This document shows positions 36,978 to 50,544 of a stretch of DNA of 64,000 bases, piece after piece. A program made the translations under genes and the position numbers. Source of the stretch: Octopus bimaculoides (taxonomy: Eukaryota); NCBI RefSeq assembly GCF_001194135.2, contig NC_068986.1, forward strand, positions 81,485,468-81,549,467, read 5' to 3'. Under the pieces are notes generated by a model. The model was not told the origin of the DNA. It was given only the letters and a program-made list of their open reading frames with translations, and did no database searches. Every line of letters starts with the position of its first letter. The first letter of the stretch is position 1.

Positions 36978-37862
36978 TTATATACATCATAGTAGGAATA
37001 TATTGTTTTTTTTTTAATAATTTGATAGACAATAACATTGTAGTGGCCTACTTATAGAAATAGGCAAAGACTTAATGAAGACTATGAGACTGAAACCAGT
37101 AACCTAAGACACCCTTTATATAAAATAGATTGATCAGTAACTGTATTTTCAGAACTGTGTTAGGCTTTTTGTAATAATGGCACATTTAATCAATATTAAT
37201 ATTGAAGTGAATAAAATGATTGTAACAAATATTTTGTATTGATAAACTACATTCTAAATAGTTTTCTTTCTTTTCAATTTTGATTGTATTTTTTTTTCCA
37301 TTTTTAAAAGTTCACATATGTCACTAGAGTTGAAGATATTATATACTTATATTTGTATATCATAAACTTAGCATTATTAATGACACCTGTAGCAGGTTTA
37401 GAAACCCTGCTTCTGTGCTGCAAGCTTTTTAGTGGCTTTCCTAGACATTCCAACTCATATACAAACTCTTGAAGGACACAGTACTTTGAGAAGATAGAAA
37501 ACTCTCAACCCTGTTCAACTCATGCAGGATGAAGAATGTATAACACTGGTGATTATGACATACGATATTGAAAAGTATAATACAGAAAACAAACAAAAAA
37601 CAAATGTAAATGTAAAGTGTGTTGATAATAATAGCTTAAACCTATTCGATCATCTTGAGACTTTGATAGTTCTTTAATCTATTGTGAAAAATTGCTTACA
37701 GCGTGTTGTCTTTTCTTCTTATAGTGGTTCCATTTGGAATATATTTCACATTAGGTCTTTTAGTTTGTAAAATTCTTTATATGAATTATTGTATCTTGGG
37801 AGGTTCATTATGCAAATAGTAAACACACACAGGTTTTGCTACACTTCTTTTATCATTATTAA

Positions 37863-38150
37863 TCAGCTAGTCAACCATGTTACCAATTATCTAATTATTG
37901 TTTGATTAATTGTTCTGTTAATCAATCAATCAACTAGGTTCATCAGAGTTCTTTCATTGCCATTTGTGGTTTTATCAGTGACAAGCCCACTCTGCTTCAA
38001 GTCTGCTCCAGGTAGAGTAGAGAGGACATGTTGTTGATGAGGCCACAAACAATGATAAAAAGATTCTGATGAACCAAGTTGATTGATTGATTAACTTAAT
38101 GATTAATCAAGCAATCAATTAGTTAATTGGCTAAATGATTGACAAGTTGA
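37863..38150. mobile_element. Fold-back/MITE-like element with long imperfect inverted arms
   Basis: About 37863-37982 pairs with about 38029-38150, e.g. TTAATCAATCAATCAACTAGGTTCATCAGAG versus TTCTGATGAACCAAGTTGATTGATTGATTAA. Confidence 0.7.
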
Positions 38151-39227
38151 CAAATAATAATAATAAAAGATGTGAAATAGAACCATTGCATGTGCTTATT
38201 ATTAGCTTAATGGCCCTTCCAAGATACAATAAAATTTCATATTAGTGTTTCTCTATTTTTTTCCATTTGCTGCCATATAAACTCTTGCATTTCTTCTATT
38301 TTTCTCTAAAATATTTCTTTCCTTTATTTTTGTTACTTGTTATCAATTATATATTGTTGTGATTTTATTAAAATTTACTAATGTTACTAAATTATAAATT
38401 TTTAAAAACTTTCTATTATTTTAAAATAAATATTGAAAAAAGCATGTTGTTTCTAGTTACATTTAATTGAATTTTTCAATAAAGAAAAGAAAGCAAGCTG
38501 TTTTGGTATTTTTTCTCATCCTTTCAGAAAACATTTCAAACCAATTATTTAAGATTCCATGCTGTCTTTGGAATATCATTTCCAGTTTAGAATCAGTTTT
38601 CCTGTGCCAGAATTGCTGGACTGCATGGATAATTAGAATATTTTCAATGTTAACCATTTCTTGATCCATTTCATTGTTACATCATCTACTTTGAATTATG
38701 GCAACTTTGTATGGTCTCTACAGCAAAAACAAATTTATCAAACAGGATGGTTTTTTTCTATTTTTTGCTTAAACATTTTCCTCTCTCTCTCTCTCTCACT
38801 CTCTCTCTCTCTCACTCTCTCTCTCTCTCATACTCTCTATTTCTCTCTCTCTCTCTCTCTCTCTCTCATTGGTTTACTAGGTAAATTTTGAAAGATTTTT
38901 AGAACTGCTGCTTGAAAGATTAATGATTTTTTGGCCAATGCTTGCTAATATTTTGCAAAGGTCCTGATTCTTTCTTCAATTGAAATATCTGTAGCTAAGA
39001 TCTGAGTCGAACATCAGCTTAGCATTATTTAATTCTTAGTTTAAGTTGTAGCAATTTTGGTGATGTGTAATTAATGAGAAGAAATAGACCAAATAAGTTG
39101 TATGATTGAAATTTCATGCAGTATGAATGTACAATAACCGCTTCATTAGATGCAAATAAATATACAATAACAGTTCATTGTAGCTGTGTGCAGAGACTAG
39201 TGAGTGTATAGCTTCTAGATATTTGGT

Positions 39228-39430
39228 TTAACTCTTTAGCATTCAGATTACTCAGTGAAGTGTAATGCTTATTTATTCACATTGTTTTGAATTAATCATG
39301 CATTATCTTGTAGCTTATTTTTTGAGTGACATTGAGGGGTAGGTCTAAGAAACTGAATCTGGTCAATTTTAACATAAAATGGGTAGAATACTTGAGCTGG
39401 ATATGGCTGGTTTAGATACTAAAGGATTAA
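39228..39430 (+). mobile_element. piggyBac-like MITE with TTAA target duplication
   Basis: TTAA-CTCTTTAGCATT ... GATACTAAAGGA-TTAA: imperfect TIRs bounded by TTAA. A second partial copy lies at 17817. Confidence 0.7.
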
Positions 39431-40027
39431 ATGAAATGTTGAATGTATGTCATATATATTCATTTGTTTGTTTAATGACTGATTTTCCATGCCAGTCTGA
39501 GTTAAGTGAGGAGTTATGTGAGGCAGCATTTTACAACTGGATGTCTTCCTATCACCAACCTGTATCTGCTTTTCAAGCAAGGGCTCTTTTATTTCATAGG
39601 TCTTTGAAAGCACTGAGCAACCAGCTATCATAATGTTAACAAGGAGTATCAACATGATTATCATCTTTGTCAGGCAGTGACAAGCATCAAATTTCAACAT
39701 TCATGCATACATACACTATAGGCTTCCTGCAGTTTCCACCTACCAAATTCACATACACACATGCAGGGGTAGAAAGAGAAAGAAGTGTGCTAGAGCCTTT
39801 GGTTGACCAGTTTTTTTTCAAGATATCTTGGAACAAAACAAATTCTTGTCCAAAATTATAGATTTTAATTATAGTTTTGAAATTCAAAATTCAAAGTGCT
39901 ACTTGCATTTGTCTGTTGTCCAATTAACACCTATTTTTTGTTGCTGGTTATGAACACTGTAAATTTTCCACTGTTGAGGCATGGCAATAAATGTTTTGAT
40001 AATTTCTTTTATATTTCACTCTTTAGA

Positions 40028-40190
40028 TGTTTAACCCTAGGTTAATTGTGACTGAGTCAGTTAATTGTGATTGGTCAAGAGTACTTTGTCTTTTCAATGG
40101 TATCTAGGACTGACCCTTTTTCCCAGATGGTAGGGTGTAATTTAAGAGAGATTTGGCTACTATTTCTAGCATGTCAAATATCTACTTAAC
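40028..40190 (+). mobile_element. Dispersed repeat family C (degraded)
   Basis: GATGGTAGGGTGTAATTTAAGAGAGATTTGGCTACTATTTCTAGCA motif, also recognisable near 10510, 15785, 34390, 49670, 49820 and 62190 (+), and near 850, 19020 and 57530 (-). Confidence 0.6.
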
Positions 40191-41283
40191 TCTTTTCTGG
40201 TTGTTCAACTGTAGTCTTATTGAATTGGTCTAGAGAATCCTTTTATAACTTACTTTCAATCTAACAGTTCTTTTCACTTTAAAAACATTTTAAAAAGAAA
40301 ATTACTGAGTTTTACTTAGTTTGGAAATTGGCATTTCAAATTATATTTTTTTACAAGAAACCATTATATTTTTAACCCTTTACCAATTTTATACCAGGAA
40401 GAATTTATGTTAATGTTCTTATATTTTTCCAATTGTCTGCTTGGCACTATTGGCAAATGTAAAAAATTCCTTGACTTTAGACATTTACCATATTTGTATA
40501 TATATAATGCCAACAAATTTGGTGGAACTATTGTTCTCAAGTTACTCCTAGTTTTCAGGTGGAAGTAAGCCAATAAGAAACATTTTTTTTATTAGCTTCT
40601 ATGCAGATTCAGTCTGACAAAGTCAGGTGTGTTTGTATGCATGCATGTGTGTGTGTGTGTGTTGGAGAAAGAAAGAGAGGGAGGGTGAGAGGACATTTTT
40701 ATATACCAACAGTTGCTAATGTTCCTGTACATTATTATAGAAATCCAATTCCTCAAGTTCGAGGATTCTTCTTGTTCTAGATATATTTTATATTCAATTT
40801 TATTTATACATGCTAATTTTTTCCTCCAAATGCTCTTGTTAAGGTTTCTTTTCTATTTTGTAGATCTTGTAAGATAGTTAACTAGATCTTCAATTTTTTA
40901 TGATGCCTTTATCTTTCTTTAGTCTACAAATTCTCACTTAGATTTCTAATAATTATGTCCCACTAAAGAATTTCCTACTAAAGGGTTTATACTTGAAATT
41001 CAGTTTTTTAAATTTATCAAACTTTATCTTTTTACATTCAATTTAACAATAAATGATTTGAATAAAAGAATATTGTTTTACAATTTACATATTTCATAAA
41101 ATTCTTTTACATAACTGCTTTGGAAATAAATAGTATTTTGATAATATCTGCATTTATAAATCTTTTTTTTTTTTTTTTGTCTAATTGTAGTCCTTGCTTT
41201 TGTGACCAAACACAGCACTAACAGGAGTTTGAAGTGCAAACGTCTAAAACTTAGTTAATTCAGAATTGAAGCATTCATTTTTG

Positions 41284-41315
<32 letters not shown>

Positions 41316-41689
41316 TGTAATTTTAGCCCTTTTGTGATCATAGTTTCAATGAGATATTCTGTCCATTTGTTTTAATATAGAATAACTAACTCTGTCATTA
41401 TTAATCTAGTATTTGGATAATATAAAATGTTTTTATATTATATTATAAAATCATATATATAGATAACATTATACTGCAGTCCTTTTTGGTTGATCATCAA
41501 TGGTTACTACTGTAACTTTGTTATTGCATGCAACATTTGATGTGTAATCATAGCTAAGTGAACAAATAGTGTGAGTGAAATAATAGATGTAGTTTAAATA
41601 TAGGTTAATTTTGGCTAATCTAAGAAAATGATACAAGTAGTCAGACTCCTTGACAGAACTTGTCCATTGTTTTATTGTACAGGACATTC

Positions 41690-42005
41690 AAGCTAAATTT
41701 GACAGTTTTGTATGAAAGGAAAAGAAAACAATATCCCATTCAAAAATAAAAGTATTTTCAAAAATCAAAAAAATATCAGTTAGATTATGGCTGGGGGATA
41801 ATGGTTTACTCAAAGTAGCCACCCTCAGCTTCCACCATGAACTCAAAATGGCTCTGGAATATGGCACATGCATTCCTCATTGTGTCTCTTCAAACACCTT
41901 AATTTTGGGCCCCAGCTTTTGATTCAAGCAAGAGCAATGGCAAACGGACAGAGCGAACACACATACTAACTTACTAACAGAGTGACACGAAGAATTAATA
42001 TTTCT
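41690..42005 (-). mobile_element. Possible DINE/HINE-like non-autonomous element
   Basis: Minus strand starts AATATTAATTCTTCGTGTCACTCTGTTAGTAAGTTAGTATGTGTGTTCGCTCTGTCCGT, a layout reminiscent of such elements. No second copy is available to confirm. Confidence 0.3.
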
Positions 42006-42319
42006 AATGTCTTCAACAGCTGAAACATCCATAGTAGGGTTAATTGTAATGATTAGGAAAATACATTCAGGGTTAATTAATATTACTCTCTGTCTTGGCA
42101 AGGGAGCCAAAGTTTAGGTCCCACTAACTTTCAAATGAACTGCCTCAGTTCATTGCAATGTTCTTCAACCATCTCATCGAGGCCAGATATCTTAAAGTGT
42201 AATATTTTCCTTTTATCTATGTTCTTAGCTATTTCAGGTTAGTCTTTTAAATTTGGCAGTTGTGGGTGTACTGTTAGTGGTACTTCAGTTTGACTATCTA
42301 ATCTATTACTATATTTATG

Positions 42320-42605
42320 TACTTCAGATACCATGACACACCTCTGTCTTATATCCTCCAGACACCATTACATATTTCTAGTTTATGTCCTCCAGATATG
42401 ATCACCTCTATTATGATGTCCAGACACAATCACAATCTATTTTGTGTTTCCTCACTTATATCTAATTAATGTGCACCAGTTACTGTCATGCACCTATTTA
42501 TGCCCTTTTGACACCATTACATATCTCTTTTTTATTCTTCAGATACAACACATACCTATTTTATGTCCTCCAGACACTATTACATACCAATTTATTATTT
42601 CCAGT
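42320..42605. repeat. Degenerate minisatellite, about 31-bp unit TTATGTCCTCCAGACACCATTACATACCTAT
   Basis: About eight diverged units with a recurrent TCCAGAYAC core. Confidence 0.7.
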
Positions 42606-44755
42606 GATTTAGTATTTTGTGATTTTTATTATATTTATTATTTATTACTTTTGACTGAAAGTGGTTTCAACTTATTTAACTTGGTTCTATCAATTAATCT
42701 ATCAATGAATTTTTCATCAAAGATAAGCTCTTATCTTTAATAGGATTTATAGTAAAGCGAAGTATTCCAAAATCACTTTTTAGTATGAAGTGCAAATACC
42801 TTTCTGTCAGTGTTTATCAACATAGACTGTCTGTTTTCTTATCTTAGACCTTCATTGCAATGCTAGGTTATTTAGTGTAGGACATAAATAAACCTATTAC
42901 TCTTTTTATATTCAGCTTTGTGGTTTTGAGTCCTTGACAGGGATAAATTTAGGAAATACTCTGTAGATAGTGAAGTCTGGTTCAAAGTTAGTTTGATGAA
43001 GTGGGTTTGAGAAAGGAAGAAAGGCTGAATGGGAAGAAATACTTGAGATTATTTTCTGATAATTTCTAATTCATTTATACATGATTTTAGAAACATTATT
43101 CTAAAACATCTAGGCATTTGTTTGGATGTTTATATTTATATTCTATTAGTTGTCTAATTCCAGGAGTTATTTTCCAAAATAAATTGGATAATTTATAATT
43201 ATTTTACTGTAAGAATGTGAAAATAATAACATTACAATTATTATATAATTAATATTTATCATTAGCCAAACTATTTCATCTGTTTTTTAAAAAGTGCTTC
43301 AAGATTTTCTGGCTGACAGGAATGGATTGGTCAACTATCATCATTGTCAGATCAACCCCATCCCCAGAAGCACCTCCTCATAGCCCCTTCCTCTTCTACT
43401 AGACAACAAATTATTTTTACTCCTTGGTAAAATACAGCTATCCCAATCTGATAGCTGTATTATCATTTCTTTTTTTTAAAGCATCAAACTTTGTTGATAT
43501 AGACTAGTGTCTGCCTGTTTAATACAATCCAACCTTCACTGAATCAATACAACCTTAACACTTTTGATATCAAGCTACCTGAGGACTCTTCCTGGTTCTA
43601 TAGTACAAACTTCCCATTTTGAAATGATCTAAGTTAAAATTTCCCTTTAAATTTTTATGTTAATTTGTGTTAAACATCAGCTTAAACTAAACTGTTTTAC
43701 TAAATTCTTCATTATTTTTTAAATTAGTTGAAATATGGAAATTCTTCTTTTTATTTTACTTGATTGTATGATTCCAATAAACTTGTTCCCTGAACCCCAA
43801 AAACGTCTTATATATCTTCCTTCATTCCATCTTTGACCGTTTTTCTATATTTTTATTTGAGATATCTCACTCAAATATTCATTCAAATATTGCAACCAAA
43901 TGAAAAATATATAGTCTCCTGATGAAGGTCTGTAAAATCAAAATGAAATAGGCTGCAGATCAATCAATCAACATTAATTTGTATATCCTTCCAAAGTTTT
44001 CTTTATTTTGCCTTCAGACTAGTTTGATGCTGCCCAAGAAAAAGCCTGTGAATTATATGGCAGGTAGGTAACAGTGTTGTGCAGTTGCCCACCCAGTTCA
44101 CTTCCATCGTGGTAGAAAGTTAAACATTAGATGGTTTGGTTTTTGTAGGAAGCTGTAAACTTTGTCTATATGTATGCAGCACTAACATATGGCCTCTTGC
44201 CAACCACTGCATTATCCTTTTGTGAGAACTATTCTATTTCTGAAGTGAAACATGTCAGATGTATAGGGAAGTGACTGCTTTGAACCAGCCACTAACGATT
44301 TGAATCAAAAATATTGAAATAATAGTCACTTGTTTAAGAGACTTGTAAATTAATCATATATTTTGTCCTTTGCACTTTCTTTGAGGTATTACTGAAAAAA
44401 AACATCATTTGATGCTTCAAAAAAGTTAACTTCCAAAGTGTCAGGCTAAACTTTCTTTTAAAATTAAGTTTTCATGCGTTTTTTTTTTTTTTTGCCTCTT
44501 CAGAAGAAAATTATCTGGTAATTTCTTTATAATTAGAAATATATCAGTAATTCTTAATCTTTTGTTTATTTTTCTTTGCAGGAAAATTGAGACCTTTTAT
44601 CATTATAATGTACTGTTGCATAGTTTGGTTGTTGGTTTGTTACTTGAGCAATAATTAATAGCCAAATATTAATTACCTCAGGGATTAAATATGACATAGC
44701 TTTAAATTATGAAGGATATACTCTTTTCAGTAGTAGTAGTAGTTACACCACCACC

Positions 44756-44799
<44 letters not shown>

Positions 44800-46366
44800 C
44801 ATTTTATTTTAAAGTTTAGTTTGTGTATGTATTGGTTTCAAGGCAACAAATTGGCAGAGCTATTTGAGCATCAATCAAAATACCTTGTATTTATTCTGGC
44901 ACATAGCATTCTGAGTTCAGTTCCCAGTGAGACCAACTTTGTCTTCCATTTTTACCTGTGTCAATTAATTACCTGTCAAGGGTGATGGATCAACAGAAAC
45001 CTTAGAACATTAGAAGAGATGCCTTACAATAGTTGATCCAGCACTTCACATTCTGAGTTCAGATCATACTGTGTCTTACTTGGATGGTAGCCTTAATCCA
45101 TCATCTCGTTTAACATCATAATCTGGCCCTTACATACTTCTAGTGAAATCCAGTCTGTTGCAAGCATTTAGACTAGGTCCCCATCTGGAGACCTTGTAAA
45201 GGGTCATGGGTTTGTCCTTCCCTCTTGACTAAAAGATGATAAAAAAATACACATTCAAGAAATTGTTCATGCACAGACACGTAAATGCAGGCAAGTTGTA
45301 AAAGATCAATCTGAATCTTAAATCATTTCCTTAATTACCCTTATTGTTGCAATAGATGCATCATAAAGCCATAGCTTCAGTTTGCCTGTTTCTGGATGTT
45401 GGCCACATATCTAACCACTAAGCCATCACATTATCACTGACACAGTATGAATATTTATCAAAATGATATATTTACATCTGCATAATCTCTGAGAACTTGT
45501 ATATGTTCACTTTTGTCTCCCAAGTGAATGTTTTAGATAAAAGACAAAGATAATAGTGATGTTATGGTATGTTAGAATTTTGTGGTGAAGAGTAATTTGT
45601 CATTTGTGTTTGTTATGCATTAGACATGACAAAGAAATCTGCCTCCAAAGCCAGACATTTTTGCAATTCTACTTCCTCAATCAACATATTGCAATTAGTT
45701 TTTACACATCTTCAACAATTGTTTTCTTTGTATTTTACATGAACTCATCAGTTCTCTAATTTTCTCTCCCTCCTTCCTCCTCTCCATTTTTTAAATATAA
45801 TCATCATAAATCTATTATCTGAAGTAATCAGATAGACTTGATAAAGTCATTGTTTTTGTTACTGGTTAGTTTTATCTTGTATTGGTAAAGTTTGGCACAA
45901 AACTCTTATAAAAATTCTACAGCTAATGTCTTAGAGATAATTCCTTTTGTAAGATAATAAAAATTTTTCTGTAAATATATTTGGGAAATGAAATTCTAAT
46001 AGTTTAAATAAATTTTCAGTTGTCTTCTGGAAACATTTTTATCTATGTAACAAGACTCCAGTCAGCTGTTTTGGAATAAGCAGTGGGTATTCCATCCTGT
46101 TTAAACTGGTGCAAGCAACATATACCTTGGGTAGGAAACACCTAATTCTGTTCAAATCACTAAAACTTGTGTAAAATGAACCTTTAACTCTTTAACATAT
46201 AAAGAATATTTGTTTTTCGGTTAAAGTGATAATATATGAGTTGAAAATAAATTAGCTGCTATTTCTAGCTAGTCAAACAACCTCTATTCGATCATTGACC
46301 TTGAGAGAAATTTCAACTGAAACATTGAACAAGAGATTTTACTATGTGTATCCTGTCTTATTAATG

Positions 46367-46445
46367 CAGAAGTCCCCAACCACCAGACTGCAGACCAGTA
46401 CTGGGTTGTGGAGCATTTGGTCCTGGGTTGCACAAAAAGAATAAA
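46367..46445 (+). mobile_element. hAT/Charlie-like transposon left end (CpG-decayed)
   Basis: CAGAAGTCCCCAACCACCAGACTGCAGACCAGTACTGG resembles MER1/Charlie-type termini as recalled; no right end found. Confidence 0.5.
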
Positions 46446-46531
46446 TTTCAAAATTTTATTTCTATTTTATCGACTATTGCAGTCTGCAGGGTGATTTTGC
46501 ATTATATATGTTGTATATATGCATTATATTA

Positions 46532-46736
46532 ATCATCATCATCATCATTTAACGTCCATTGTCCATGCTGGCATGGGTTGGATGGTTTGACCAGAGTTGC
46601 CAAGCTGGTGACCTATACCAAACTCCAGTCTGATTTGGCATGATTTTTATGGTTGGGTGCTTTTATATAGCATTGCACAGGTGCTTTTTATGTGGCACCA
46701 CATGGGCACTTCTACATAGTACTGCACAGGCGCTTT

Positions 46737-46740
<4 letters not shown>
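46532..46740 (-). mobile_element. RTE 3' UTR and tail fragment
   Basis: (CAT)n TTTAACGTCCATTGTCCATGCTGGCATGGGTTGG. Confidence 0.75.
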
Positions 46741-46769
<29 letters not shown>

Positions 46770-46770
46770 A

Positions 46771-46860
46771 CAGGGCCAGATTCAGACCCACTGAGGCCCT
46801 AAGCACTTAAAAGATTTTGGTGCCCCCATAAAATATTTTGTAATTCAAAATATAAACAAT
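46771..46860 (+). mobile_element. Possible hAT-type MITE end inserted after a (TG)n tract
   Basis: CAGGGCCAGATTCAGACCCACTGAGGCCCTAAGCAC; a CAGGGCC start is typical of hAT-like MITEs. Partner end not found. Confidence 0.4.
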
Positions 46861-47009
46861 AACAAAACATAAAATAAATTTTTATTTCTTAGAATGAAAC
46901 AAAACAGTAAGAGGGAATTACCTGCTCTTGAATTATTATGGTTGGGCATTCCAAATGTACACACTCACTCGCATAATTATATGTTAATCAAAAATATAAT
47001 TTTCCAGCA

Positions 47010-47230
47010 CACCATCATCATTTGGTGTCCATGTTCCATGTTTGCATGGGTTGGATTGATTGACAAAATCCAACAGGTCTAACAACTACATTATGTTCCA
47101 GTGTCTGCTTTGGCATGTTCTCTTTGCCCTTCCTAATTCCAACCACTTTACAGCATGTACAAGTTGCTTTTTTTATGTGTCACAAGTACTAGTGACTTTG
47201 CCTTGCAATATTCAAGAGTACGAACCCTGA
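47010..47230 (-). mobile_element. Older RTE-tailed retroposon fragment
   Basis: CATCATCATTTGGTGTCCATGTTCCATGTTTGCATGGGTTGG..GCCCTTCCTAATTCCAACCACTTTACA. Confidence 0.55.
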
Positions 47231-48540
47231 GTGGGGCAATTTTATTTTAGGAGATAAGGAGTAGGAAGGGTTTAAGCTGGAAATCAATAAAAATAGTGGT
47301 GATGATGTGTCAGGGTGGCCCCTCAGTGTATGAAGTAGGTAGGAATGAGTGGGCTGAGAAGCCAGAAGTGAGTTGATGGCATACAGCAGCAGGATAGTAA
47401 TGATAATACAGTAAATAAGAGAAAAACAAAAGAGAGATGGTGACATGCTGTTGAGTAGGTTGCAGGATTGGGTGGGAAAGAGAGAGGCAGACAGTGTATG
47501 AGGAAGATGAGATGTATAGCGAAATACACATGCACACACACACTTATGTGTGCATGCATAAATATTCTTTTCTTACTAAACTACACATCTGCCAATCCAG
47601 CACCTATGCATATGAAAATATGTACATCATAAAAGATATAGTTGGCTGTTAAAAATTCAACAAGTTAGTAAAAAGTTTTCAGTGCTTACAGCCTATGTAA
47701 AAGCTATCAAGGAAAGCTACCACGAAGAAAAAATCCAAACAAGAAACAAAATTAAAAAATCCCAACAGCTGAAATTTCAACAGATCTAGACTCAAATACT
47801 TTGAGACTACAAATTCACTATTAGATTCTGATAATAGCAACTTGATATGTAAAATGGCACAAAATAAGTTCTCTAACTTCTCTGGCATTGAAGATTTCCC
47901 TACATATGTATGTGGGGAGATACTTCAAACTCATTTTTAATTAATGTATTGGTTTATATTTTCCACAAATAAATAGAGAGAAAAAAATAGGTACTATTTC
48001 CGTAAAACTGCTTTGAATATGTAGACCAGGAAATTAAACACTTCTTTATCACTTGAATACCAGTGAAAGTCACCTTCAGTCTTTGGCAGATACAATAGCA
48101 ACAAGCAACAGTTCTCAGTTTCCCAACTTTTGTTTTCTTTCTTTTTTTTTTACATTTAATCTTTTACATTTCTGTGTTTTTCTCTTTTTTCTCTTTTTTT
48201 TCTAAACATTTTAAGATATTTTATTCCTATTAATTACAAGTAACATATTTTAAAATCATTTTAGTTTTAACTTAAATTTTCTTAAACCCACGTATATATT
48301 AAATGTTTTGTAATTACTTTGTACACTAACAGCTGTCAAAATTAAGAAGATATTTTCAGACTTTGTCATTGAGAGTACACCATACAATTAATAGGTGTGG
48401 CATTTTCTCTTTCATTTGCCCATTTACTTGGATTGTCACTTTGGGATTTATGAAATACATTAGCAGCCATCAAACTTGCTTTAACAAATAAATTTATTTT
48501 TTAAATAAAATAAAATGTGCAAATATAAAGAGGGCATATC

Positions 48541-48917
48541 TTTTATCCTTCACTTGTTTCAGTTATTAGATCATGGCCATGTTGGGGCAATGCCTTGAAC
48601 AATTTTTTTAGTCAAATGAATTGACCCTAGGACTTGCCTTTTTGTTAAGCCTGGAACTTATTTGATTAGTCTTTTTTGCCGAACTGCTAAGTTGTAGGGA
48701 CATAAACATACCAACAGTGGTTGTCAAGCAGTGGTGGGGGACAAACACAAAGACCCCCACACACACATTCACACATGTATGTACATATATATGACGGGCT
48801 TCTTTCAGTTTTTGTCTACCAAATCCACTCACAAGGCTTTGGCCTGAGGCTATAGTAGAAGACACTTGCCCAAGGTGCCACACAGTGGGACTGAACCCTG
48901 AACCATGTGGTTGGTGA
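48541..48917 (-). mobile_element. SINE type A, older diverged copy
   Basis: Colinear with 6796-7207; the head is slightly truncated. Confidence 0.85.
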
Positions 48918-50325
48918 GATTAAAGATATAAAGAAATTTAGAATATTGAGACTCAAAAAGGCGGTGTGACTTCAATAGTTCTTAGTGGACTAAATAAAAA
49001 TCTAAGAACTTAAAGATATGTGAAACCACATTACATCTGCTGTTCTCACACTTTTTCTTTGCTCCCTTATATAATTGTTATGTTATCACATTTCACTTTG
49101 AAGTAAAAAACATGTCTTCTGTTTTAATCATAGATTAACCAACAAAATATTGGATCTACAGATACATATTTGGATTATTCCTTTTGTGTTGATTATTTCT
49201 TCAGTGGCATCTTTCAACTTTAATCATTTGGTCTTCATCAACAGACACTCACCTCTCTTCTACTAACCATTTGTGTATTACCAGTCCCTATTTGGTTTAA
49301 TATTTAAGGGTTACTTTGGGTTTGAGAGTTATAATTTTGAGAAGAATTGACCAAGTTTACAGGCATCTGGAGAGACAAGGCATGACAGATTTGTTTAATA
49401 GCCATTTTCATTGAATGATCTTGATAAGATTTTTGATGATGATATTGAAGCTGTAATTGGCTGGCAATCATCATTAATAAAGATAATTTTCTGAAGATTT
49501 TATTCGAATTAAAACTGTACAGATGGGTTTTTACACTGTATGCAAATTTTTTTATATATATCTACCTCTACACACACACGCACACATATACTTCCACACA
49601 TATATCTGCCTCCACACACACACACACTTTTTTTAATAAAGTGTCCTTCATTTTTTTATGTCACTGAAGTATGATTTGAGGGGGATTTGGTTGAAGTTTC
49701 TATAAGCTGAGTGACTGGTTAGATGCTTTATCATTGGCTAGTAGTAGTTGTGGTTGATGCCTTTTCAAACTTATACCTAAAACTACATTATCCAATGGGT
49801 ACATTATTAAGATGATGAAGTATAGTTTGAGGGTAACTTGGCTGCTGTTTCTAGCAAAATAAGTAGCTGTGTAAATGTTTCTTCATTTTTTTTTAAGTAT
49901 TCTTTTTTCCATGTTATTATGGTACAACTGGGGTTGCTGCACTATTTATTTTCAATAATTTTAATTCTAATATTATCATTTCTATGAAGTTCAGCATTTT
50001 CACATATGGACACTTTTTCTCTGGTCTTCCTTGATTTACCTTTATTTTTGATCTGTCCTGAGAAACTGCCACATTTTCAACTTGATGCTGGGTTCACAGT
50101 CCTGTTTCATTAACTTCTGTTTGTCTCAGCTTTTGTTAAATGCTATAAACTTGGGTCTCTTTTAATTTGGGAATCTTAACCTGTTTACACACATAACTGA
50201 CCAAGCTGTCATTGGCAATCAAACTGTCAGTGAGAAAACTAAGTAATAAAATAACATTTAACAATTGATGAATTAAGACCTAGTTACTTAAGAGACCTAG
50301 TTATCTTTTAATATTCTGTTGAAAA

Positions 50326-50544
50326 GCAGCGGGCTGGCAAAAACATTAGAACGTTGGATGAAATGCTTAGCGGTATTTCATCTGTCCTTATGTTCTGAGT
50401 TCAAATTTTACCAAGGTCGACTTTGCTCTTCATCCTTTCAGGATCAATAAATTAAGTACTAGTTGCATACTGGGGGGAGAGGGGGTCAATCTAATTGACA
50501 AGCTCCTCCCCACAAACTTAGAGCCTTGTACTAGAGTAGAAAAG
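50326..50544 (+). mobile_element. SINE type B with a perfect 16-bp target site duplication
   Basis: AATATTCTGTTGAAAA at 50310-50325 and again at 50545-50560. Confidence 0.9.

Noticed and set aside
27905-42605. Repeat-spacer-like arrays as CRISPR
   Set aside because: Eukaryotic context, degenerate repeats, non-unique spacers and no cas genes.
44582-44590. Strong acceptor TTTCTTTGCAG|GAA as exon 2 (expected to start with Glu)
   Set aside because: GAA AAT TGA stops at the third codon.
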